DNA from: an uncultured Candidatus Bathyarchaeia archaeon
Lineage (GTDB): Archaea > Thermoproteota > Bathyarchaeia > Bathyarchaeales > Bathyarchaeaceae
Direction of reading: 5' to 3'
Length of the DNA: 27,445 nucleotides
NCBI GenBank assembly: GCA_964386655.1
Contig: CAYLSJ010000003.1
Span: forward strand, 1-27,445
Numbering within the stretch: position 1 is the first letter of the stretch; the number at the start of each line of letters is the position of its first letter. The position numbers were made by a program, and so were the translations under genes. The notes under the pieces are model-generated. The model did no database searches and was not told the DNA's origin. It was given only the letters and a program-made list of their open reading frames with translations. This document shows positions 16,303-23,858 of this stretch, one piece after another.

Positions 16303-18720
16303 ATGAAGATAAAATGCTCGTCCATAGTGCTAATTACGACTTTGGCTCTTTTGACCACACTTGTATCAACGCCAGCACCAGCGAAAGCAGCAGGGACTGG
16401 TGGTCCACGGGCTCCTGGATTGAAGATTTACTTCTATGCTTCAACTGACGCGGCATTTGGCGCTATAGTGGCAGACCCGCCCGAGATTGACCTCTATGGT
16501 GGTATGCTCCTAAAGCCCCAATATGACCAAGCAATAACAGATTCCGACTTGACACTGTCGCAGTTCACAACTACTTTCACCATCACGAACCATGCATTCA
16601 TGAGTTCCGACGAAGATTGGGTGTTTGCATGGCTTGGAGAACGCAACCCGATAAGCGAAGTACACTTCAGAAAAGCCATGGAACATTTGGCAAACAGAGA
16701 TGCATGGATAGAGACCATCCTTGAAGGAATGGGAAAAAGAATCGATGTGCCAGTTGCAGCTCCATCTGTAGCTTGGATGAACGAGAGCATAATCGGCTCA
16801 AACTATCCATACCCATACAGTCACGCACTTGCTAAGGCTGAACTGCTTGCGGGCGGCTGGGAAGACTACGACAACAACGGAATAATCAACTATCCATTAG
16901 ACTGGCCTGGCAAAGCTGGAGTGATAGGCGTCAGAGACGAACCCGACATGGACGCACTTATATACTATGCCTACAACACACCTGCCACAAGATATGCCAT
17001 GGCTCTAGACCACGCAACCCAAATCCAAAACATAGACTGGGGAGGCGGTGTCAAAAAGAAGATTCCTGTAACCCTAACCGCTCAATCTTATGACTTCTTT
17101 GATACAGTCGTGTGGACCGACTACAAGTATCAAATTGCCACAGACGGTTGGAGCGTAGGAAGATACCCAACATATCTTAGAAGCTTCTTCGGCAGCGGAT
17201 ACTGGTGGCCTGGAGAGGGTGGAGTTAACGCCTACACCCCAGGATATCCAGAACTCGATGCAGCTCTTGACAATATGTTCTTCGCTCCAGACTTGGGTAC
17301 AGCCATTACTAATGCCAAACTCGCTCAAAGCATAATCATGGACAAATACGCCCTCTGGATCCCAATATGGTCAGGCGCGGGCTTCTACGCCTACAGAAAC
17401 TTGTTAGGCGTCGTGTCAACACCCAACACAGGACCATTCAACTACTTCACTGAAATGAACGCCATTCGCTCAGACGATGCAACACAGCCCATCAGAGTTG
17501 GCATAGTTCCAGCACCAATGGCACTCAACCCAATAACCTCAATGTGGGTGGTCGACGTAACCGTCATGCAGGAACCTTGGGACGGTGTCATTAACACCAA
17601 CCCGTACGACGTGCTGATAGACCAGCCAAACTTAGCTAGGGACTGGAGTGTCACAACCTGGAGTGGGGGTGGAGTTACTGGCACACTGGTCAAATATTGG
17701 CTCGACACCCGTTATAATTGGATCAAGCCAGGAACGGGACCAGACGCTGGCACAATAATTGGACCGCACGACACCAGTAACCAAGAATTCGTTGCTTGGT
17801 ATCACTTCCACACTCCATCTTGGGTTCGCGCTTCCTACCGAGACATACACCACATCAGAGTTATTGATAACGATGAGATTGAGTACTACTTCAACAAGAT
17901 CGGTGTCTTCTACGGCGCCAACTTCTATCCATGGGCAAGGGTGTTCTATGTACCACCAGGCGAGAACAAGGGAGGATGGAAGACATATCCACTTGTTCAA
18001 GATGGAGATCCTGGCACACCTGTGGGACCTGACGGCGTCACAGGACTTGACCCATCACAGAAAACACTCATCTCAGGCACGATATCTAACGCAACCCATG
18101 TGGCAACCCCACCGTATGGAACGGGAAGGGTGGCAGCGACAGCCCTACCATTCCGAGCGGCAGGCGCAGCTGTAGAAATACTATCAGTGACGGCTGGAGG
18201 CTCACCGCTAACAAAATACACTGACTACGAGATAGAATCGGGCTACGTCACAATTCACGCGTCAGTAGCGCTCGGTACACCAATTACCATCAGATACTGG
18301 GCTAGAGGCAGCTACGCTGGGGACCTACCAGGCGGCTTACCATTCGAAAAGACCCTGATGGGCACAGGCATCTGGTACATGACAGAATACATCCCAGGAA
18401 GCTGGGCAGTCTACAAACCTAACAGATTACACCCATGGACAACTCCACCACTAGGAGAAACCGACTGGTTGTGGATGTGGACAAGCTCAGTCAAACCAAG
18501 AACTGGTAACATGGAAATCACCATCGCTGACTTCGTCAAGGGCACAACAGCATACGCAAGCCACGCTAACAAGGTACCGAAGCCAACCTGGAACCCAAGT
18601 GCAGACCTAGCTAAAGTGGTTACTGGAAATGCACCTAACGGAATAGGTGAAATCACCGTAGAAGACATAAACACCATAGGCGGACCTGCCTACGATACAA
18701 CATTCTGGGAACTACCATAA
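16303..18720 (+). CDS. Family-5 (Dpp/Opp-type) ABC substrate-binding protein, apparently circularly permuted, with C-terminal dockerin-like tail
   Basis: Recognisable SBP5 segments: HFRKAMEHLANRD, YSHALAKAELLAGGW, IRVGIVPAPMALNP, QPNLARDW, MGTGIWY. It is the first gene of the dppBCDF cluster. Sec signal ends AKA|A. No lipobox or TM. Confidence 0.8.
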   Translation: MKIKCSSIVLITTLALLTTLVSTPAPAKAAGTGGPRAPGLKIYFYASTDAAFGAIVADPPEIDLYGGMLLKPQYDQAITDSDLTLSQFTTTFTITNHAFMSSDEDWVFAWLGERNPISEVHFRKAMEHLANRDAWIETILEGMGKRIDVPVAAPSVAWMNESIIGSNYPYPYSHALAKAELLAGGWEDYDNNGIINYPLDWPGKAGVIGVRDEPDMDALIYYAYNTPATRYAMALDHATQIQNIDWGGGVKKKIPVTLTAQSYDFFDTVVWTDYKYQIATDGWSVGRYPTYLRSFFGSGYWWPGEGGVNAYTPGYPELDAALDNMFFAPDLGTAITNAKLAQSIIMDKYALWIPIWSGAGFYAYRNLLGVVSTPNTGPFNYFTEMNAIRSDDATQPIRVGIVPAPMALNPITSMWVVDVTVMQEPWDGVINTNPYDVLIDQPNLARDWSVTTWSGGGVTGTLVKYWLDTRYNWIKPGTGPDAGTIIGPHDTSNQEFVAWYHFHTPSWVRASYRDIHHIRVIDNDEIEYYFNKIGVFYGANFYPWARVFYVPPGENKGGWKTYPLVQDGDPGTPVGPDGVTGLDPSQKTLISGTISNATHVATPPYGTGRVAATALPFRAAGAAVEILSVTAGGSPLTKYTDYEIESGYVTIHASVALGTPITIRYWARGSYAGDLPGGLPFEKTLMGTGIWYMTEYIPGSWAVYKPNRLHPWTTPPLGETDWLWMWTSSVKPRTGNMEITIADFVKGTTAYASHANKVPKPTWNPSADLAKVVTGNAPNGIGEITVEDINTIGGPAYDTTFWELP

Positions 18721-18751
18721 AACAGATGAACCAGCAAGCCAAACACTCTAT

Positions 18752-18765
18752 TTCCTCTTTTTTTT
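18752..18765 (+). terminator. Oligo-T terminator after the SBP gene
   Basis: TTCCTC + T8 (18758-18765). Confidence 0.6.
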
Positions 18766-18785
18766 GTGTATTTCTGCAAGAATTT

Positions 18786-18799
18786 AAACCTTAAATACC
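18786..18799 (+). promoter_or_regulatory. Candidate internal promoter for dppB
   Basis: AAACCTTAAATACC about 55-65 nt upstream of ATG 18852. Confidence 0.5.
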
Positions 18800-18851
18800 T
18801 CTTGTCTTAAAAGGCTTCACAGACCATCAAAGGAAAAGGTTGAGAGAGAAG

Positions 18852-19847
18852 ATGGGTCTTAGAGGCTATATTGCTAAAAGAGTTGTTTATAGTCTGATCC
18901 TCCTATGGGCCATTATGACCCTAAACTTCATAATTTTCGTAATGATGCCTGGAGACCCCATCTCCAGATACATCAAGGCACAAGAAGGAAGAGAAACATC
19001 TAAGGAAGACCTAGAGGTACTTAAAAAAGTATACGGCGTAGATGTGCCCTTACAAGAAAGGTACTTTCTGTACATTAAAAACATGCTAACATGGAATTTC
19101 GGAAGAACCCGATACATAGAAAACCCAATAGCCCTAGAAATCACACGCAGATTAGGAAACACCTTGCTGCTGACGAGCACAGCCGCATTTTTCTCCATAA
19201 GCGTTGGTACATTACTCGGTGTACTCATTGCGTCAAGAAGAGGAACTAAAACAGACACAGGAACAGTCACTGGCGCATTGGTCCTTTCCAGTTTACCCGT
19301 GTTCTGGATAGGCTGGTTAATCCTTTTCGTTTTTGCAATACAGCTGGGCTGGTTTCCAGTTGGTGGAACTTACCCGAAATGGTGGGCGGGCAATTGGCCA
19401 ACCGACCCTCTGGTGTACCTTTCAGGGCGAATCCTGACCTTAGTCTTGCCAGTACTCACTCTCTTCATCTTAACTTTTGATGGATGGATGCTTTTAACGA
19501 GAGCATGCGTACTTGAAACCATCACTGAAGACTTTGTCGTGACTGCTAAAGCAAAGGGATTGAGACAGAGATCGGTCTTGCTAAAACATGTACTAAAAAC
19601 TGCATCACTTCCTTTAGTTACTGCAATAGCCCTAACTATTTCTGGGCTTTGGGGAGGCGCCATAATAACTGAAACATTGTACAGTTACGATGGACTGGGC
19701 AGATGGGTATATCAAGCAATAACACAACAAGATATTCCAGTTTTGTACGTCATTTTCTACATAGACGCACTCATGATAATCATTGCAAACTTCGCAGTAG
19801 ACTTGGTTTATGGGTTCATAGATCCACGAATAAAGGTTGGTAAATAG
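18852..19847 (+). CDS. dppB: Peptide ABC transporter permease, DppB/OppB-type (start likely ATG 18852)
   Basis: YIAKRVV..MPGDP N-terminus, RLGNTLLL, and EAA-like loop EDFVVTAKAKGL..VLLKHVLK. Confidence 0.92.
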   Translation: MGLRGYIAKRVVYSLILLWAIMTLNFIIFVMMPGDPISRYIKAQEGRETSKEDLEVLKKVYGVDVPLQERYFLYIKNMLTWNFGRTRYIENPIALEITRRLGNTLLLTSTAAFFSISVGTLLGVLIASRRGTKTDTGTVTGALVLSSLPVFWIGWLILFVFAIQLGWFPVGGTYPKWWAGNWPTDPLVYLSGRILTLVLPVLTLFILTFDGWMLLTRACVLETITEDFVVTAKAKGLRQRSVLLKHVLKTASLPLVTAIALTISGLWGGAIITETLYSYDGLGRWVYQAITQQDIPVLYVIFYIDALMIIIANFAVDLVYGFIDPRIKVGK

Positions 19848-19850
19848 CTG

Positions 19851-21461
19851 ATGTCAACATACAAAGAACGAGTCGTTTTCACACTGAAAGGGCTCAAGCA
19901 CTTTTGGACAGAGTATAAACAAACCAAGCGAGGAGTAGTAGGATTCGCAATCATTTGCATTTACATCGCACTTGGCATTCTAGGACCTATTCTGTCGCCA
20001 CACGACGCTTTAAACCCATCATGGCCCGGATATTACCCTGCAGGCAGAGCTCTCATTGCAGACTACTTAACTTTGCCAGGCTGGTACAGATACTTGCCTG
20101 GAGGAGGCGGTTTGTCAGAAAACACAAAACTAATACAAGATCACGAATTCTCAACGGAGCAAGCTATGAATGCATGGAAATGGGAAACCAACGCTCCCAA
20201 CTTTGCTAACCTGAAATATAATCCTGTGAAGGGAGACCGTAACGAAGGAGCCATGGAAGTAACCTACCTACGTGAAACTGGAGCTACTCCCTTGAACAAA
20301 ACCTACGTGCGAATAACCCATGATTTCAGATGGCCGTACAGAAGTCATCCGAGGCAATTTTGGCTACATGCATCCACCCTTGTCAACGGCACAGTTTCCT
20401 TACCTAACTATGTTGAAATAGAATTCATGTTTCACAGAACACAAGCTCCTCCACCTTTAGCTGATTACGAATACCCACTTGTGTCCACTGAAGATTCTTT
20501 AGTTGTCTATACCTATCCACTCATCACAGAGACCATCAGCAGTCCGAGCATAGCTTGGTACCATCAATGGATAAGGTCGAAAACAGAGAAAATCAACCTT
20601 GACCCAAAGTATTATCTTCAACCAGAAACAGTCATATTCCCAGCCCCAGGCAATTACACCTACGAAATCAAAGTAAGTTTTCAAGACAGTGGAGGTCTCC
20701 AAAAAAACATAACAGTATACTTAGATAACCTAGATGTGCTGCTTTACGGAGAGACATACGGCATCCTTGGCACAGATCGGAACTTGGGTTATCCACGAGA
20801 CATAGCCACATCATTAATGTACGGGGCAAGAATCTCCATCGCTGTAGGCTTAATAGCCGCCTCAATATCCGTGTCCCTCGGTCTACTTTTGGGCTTAATT
20901 GCAGGATACATTGGCGGTGTCACAGATGAAGCTGTAATGAGAATAGCAGATCTTCTCATAGCTCTTCCAGGCTTGCCACTAATAATAATTTTGACTGTGG
21001 TGCTCTCAAGCTCTATATGGAATGTTATAGTGATCTTATCCTTCTTAGGATGGATGGGATTCTCACGCAATGTAAGATCAATGACACTATCCCTGCGTGA
21101 AAGAGCCTTTATTGAAGCTGCCAAAGCTGCTGGAGCCGGCAGATTCCACATAATATTTAAGCATATTCTTCCTAACGTGTTTGCCCTAGTCTATCTTGCG
21201 CTTGCAGTGTCGGTTCCGGGAATCATTGTTGCAGAAGCTACGTTGAGTTGGCTTGGATTATTTGATCCATATCAGATATCTTGGGGAAGAATGCTCGGTG
21301 AATTTTCCAACTCTGGAGTTGCGGTTTCGAAAGGATTCGCTGAATACTGGTTCTGGGTAATGCCACCGGGCTTAGCAATATCCATGTTAGCCATTGCATT
21401 CATACTAACAGGCTATTCTCTGGATGAAATACTAAACCCAAAACTTAGAGCCAGACGCTGA
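19851..21461 (+). CDS. dppC: Peptide ABC transporter permease, DppC/OppC-type, with large extracytoplasmic insertion
   Basis: GILGTD..RDI..LMYGARISI, MRIADLLIALP, EAA loop FIEAAKAAGA..IIFKHILPN, WWVMPPG-like end. An insert of about 240 aa follows TM1. Confidence 0.92.
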   Translation: MSTYKERVVFTLKGLKHFWTEYKQTKRGVVGFAIICIYIALGILGPILSPHDALNPSWPGYYPAGRALIADYLTLPGWYRYLPGGGGLSENTKLIQDHEFSTEQAMNAWKWETNAPNFANLKYNPVKGDRNEGAMEVTYLRETGATPLNKTYVRITHDFRWPYRSHPRQFWLHASTLVNGTVSLPNYVEIEFMFHRTQAPPPLADYEYPLVSTEDSLVVYTYPLITETISSPSIAWYHQWIRSKTEKINLDPKYYLQPETVIFPAPGNYTYEIKVSFQDSGGLQKNITVYLDNLDVLLYGETYGILGTDRNLGYPRDIATSLMYGARISIAVGLIAASISVSLGLLLGLIAGYIGGVTDEAVMRIADLLIALPGLPLIIILTVVLSSSIWNVIVILSFLGWMGFSRNVRSMTLSLRERAFIEAAKAAGAGRFHIIFKHILPNVFALVYLALAVSVPGIIVAEATLSWLGLFDPYQISWGRMLGEFSNSGVAVSKGFAEYWFWVMPPGLAISMLAIAFILTGYSLDEILNPKLRARR

Positions 21462-21638
21462 CAACTGTAGCGCTTGTCATCCCTAACTCAAAAGACCGAT
21501 TCTGTCATGTAGAAACCACCAATATCCTTTCTGTCAATTCATGATGCTTGAACGGCAGGTCACCAAAAACTTATTTAGCGAAATGTATTTCAACATATGT
21601 TCCAACTATTAACAAAACCATAACCCAAGGTAAATAGA

Positions 21639-22607
21639 ATGGCACTGCTTGAGGTCAACGATCTAGTAACTCATTATATTACGCTTAGGGGCTCAGTAAA
21701 AGCAGTTGACAAGATCAGTTTCCAAATAGAGAAAGGAGAAGCAATGGGATTAGTTGGAGAATCAGGTTGCGGCAAAACCACTGTTGCCTTGTCTCTCCTT
21801 AAAATTCTGCCTTCAGGTGGAAGAATCATCAATGGCAAAATTCTCTTCAAAGGCGTAGACATAGTCCAACTTGAAGAAGAAGAAATGCGAAAGAGCATCA
21901 GGTGGAAAGGAATATCACTTATATTCCAAGGAGCCATGAACGCGCTCACTCCCGTTTACAAAATTGGATATCAAATTATCGAAGCGATTAGAATACACGA
22001 ACCCGATGTGGACAAGAAAGAGGCCACAGAGAGAGCGAAAAAACTTCTCGAAATGGTCGGAGTCGAACCTAAAAGAATTGACAACTACCCCCACGAATTT
22101 AGTGGCGGAATGAAACAACGCGCAATGATCGCTATGGCCCTAGCATGCCATCCTGATCTTTTGATTGCAGATGAACCCGCAACAGCCTTAGACGTAGTTG
22201 TTCAAGCGCAGGTTCTTGAACTTATCAAAGCGCTTAAGGACAAGTTGCACTTATCAATGATGTTGATAACACACGACTTGTCAATTGTTGCTGAGACGTG
22301 TGAAAAGATTGCCGTTATGTATGCTGGAAAAATCGCGGAATACGGAGATATAATCACTATTTTTAAGGAACCTTTGCATCCGTATGCTCAAGGTTTACTG
22401 GAAGTATTCCCAAATATTAAGGCGCAGAGAAGTCGTGCTATGTCCATACCAGGTTCTCCACCAGATTTATTATCACCTCCCAGTGGCTGTCGATTTCATC
22501 CGCGTTGCAAGTACAGAATGGAAATTTGCAGTAAGAAGGAGCCAGCAGTCACTGAAGTCAAAAGAGGGCTACATTATGCCGCCTGCCACCTCTTATACAA
22601 AGCCTGA
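21639..22607 (+). CDS. dppD: Peptide ABC transporter ATPase, DppD/OppD-type
   Basis: Walker [10 protein letters not shown], signature FSGGMKQR, Walker B LLIADEP, HPY, and C-terminal GCRFHPRC Cys cluster. Confidence 0.95.
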   Translation: MALLEVNDLVTHYITLRGSVKAVDKISFQIEKGEAMGLVGESGCGKTTVALSLLKILPSGGRIINGKILFKGVDIVQLEEEEMRKSIRWKGISLIFQGAMNALTPVYKIGYQIIEAIRIHEPDVDKKEATERAKKLLEMVGVEPKRIDNYPHEFSGGMKQRAMIAMALACHPDLLIADEPATALDVVVQAQVLELIKALKDKLHLSMMLITHDLSIVAETCEKIAVMYAGKIAEYGDIITIFKEPLHPYAQGLLEVFPNIKAQRSRAMSIPGSPPDLLSPPSGCRFHPRCKYRMEICSKKEPAVTEVKRGLHYAACHLLYKA

Positions 22608-22620
22608 TGAAGGTATAAAA

Positions 22621-23616
22621 ATGCAAGAAACAGTTGTAAAAGCCGTTGAATTAACAAAATGGTTTCCCGTGAGAATGGGCTTTTTTGGAAGCTTGTTTTT
22701 CAAACAAGAGCAGTATGTCCGAGCAGTAGATGGAATAGACCTAGAAATCAAAAGAGGCGAGATTTTTGGACTTGCGGGAGAAAGCGGTAGCGGAAAAACG
22801 ACTACTGGAAGGCTGCTTGTCAAACTTATTGAACCTACTCAAGGGAAAATTTTTTTCCATGGGCAAGATATAACGGCTCTCTCAGAAAGCTCGTTTAAAC
22901 CTCTACGTCGAAAAATCCAGATAGTATTCCAAGACCCTTACGAGTCACTTAACCCTAGAATGACTGTCTTCAACATTATCGCTGAACCATTGCTACTGCA
23001 ACAGATTGCTAGCGGGGCTCAAGTTGAAGAGAGAGTTCATAAAGTTCTGGAAGAGGTGGAATTAACTCCCGCTCGGGAATTTCTCTACCGATACCCTCAC
23101 GAGCTCAGTGGAGGCCAAAGGCAACGTGTAGCGACAGCAAGAGCCTTAGCTTTGAACCCAGAGTTTATTGTTGCCGATGAACCTGTTTCCATGTTAGATG
23201 TTTCTGTGAGAGCAGAAGTTCTAAACCTGATGTTTCATTTAATGGAAAAATATAATGTGTCATTCTTGTACATCACCCACGACTTGGCATTAGCCCGTCA
23301 CATCTGCAATTCGATAGCCATTATGTATTTGGGCAGAATTATGGAAAAAGCTCCTACAGAAAAGATTGTGTACGAACCCCTGCATCCCTATACAAAAGTG
23401 CTTATCGCAGCGGTTCCAGTTCCTGATCCTACGGTAAGGCGTGTAAGAGCCATGGTTAAAGGGGAAATCCCAAGTTCAGTGAACCCCCCGTCTGGATGCA
23501 GGTTCCACACTAGGTGCCCAGAGTTCATTGGAGATATTTGCAAAACAAAAGAGCCGGTGTTAACCGATGTTGGCAGTGGACAATGTGTTGCATGCCACTT
23601 GTACTCTAAGCGATGA
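22621..23616 (+). CDS. dppF: Peptide ABC transporter ATPase, DppF/OppF-type (start ATG 22621, not 22384)
   Basis: Walker A GESGSGKTT, LSGGQRQR, IVADEP, HPY, GCRFHTRC. The ATG lies 13 nt after the dppD stop. Confidence 0.95.
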   Translation: MQETVVKAVELTKWFPVRMGFFGSLFFKQEQYVRAVDGIDLEIKRGEIFGLAGESGSGKTTTGRLLVKLIEPTQGKIFFHGQDITALSESSFKPLRRKIQIVFQDPYESLNPRMTVFNIIAEPLLLQQIASGAQVEERVHKVLEEVELTPAREFLYRYPHELSGGQRQRVATARALALNPEFIVADEPVSMLDVSVRAEVLNLMFHLMEKYNVSFLYITHDLALARHICNSIAIMYLGRIMEKAPTEKIVYEPLHPYTKVLIAAVPVPDPTVRRVRAMVKGEIPSSVNPPSGCRFHTRCPEFIGDICKTKEPVLTDVGSGQCVACHLYSKR

Positions 23617-23802
23617 AAGAACTATTCTTATCCTAAAGGAAGGAGCATCGAACGGAATCGGGAGTTACTGTAACATTCTGAACTTCTCTTAATGACTACA
23701 CATTTTTGAGTATGCCTTGATTTTGCGCTTTAGACGAGGCAGCTGGGTTTTTTCCTCTCTTTCTGATTCCATATGTCTTTGTGGTATTTAACCCTCGAAG
23801 AT

Positions 23803-23824
23803 AGTTCCATAAGTTTTAATTAAT
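23803..23824 (+). promoter_or_regulatory. AGTTCCATAAG motif variant + TATA
   Basis: AGTTCCATAAG-TTTTAATTAA about 35-45 nt upstream of ATG 23859. Confidence 0.5.
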
Positions 23825-23858
23825 TGTATTCCGAAAGTCTTCTTGGTCGTCGATTGAG

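Noticed and set aside
22384-22620. N-terminal extension of the dppF ORF in the track
   Set aside because: It overlaps dppD by over 200 nt. Family homology starts at ATG 22621.
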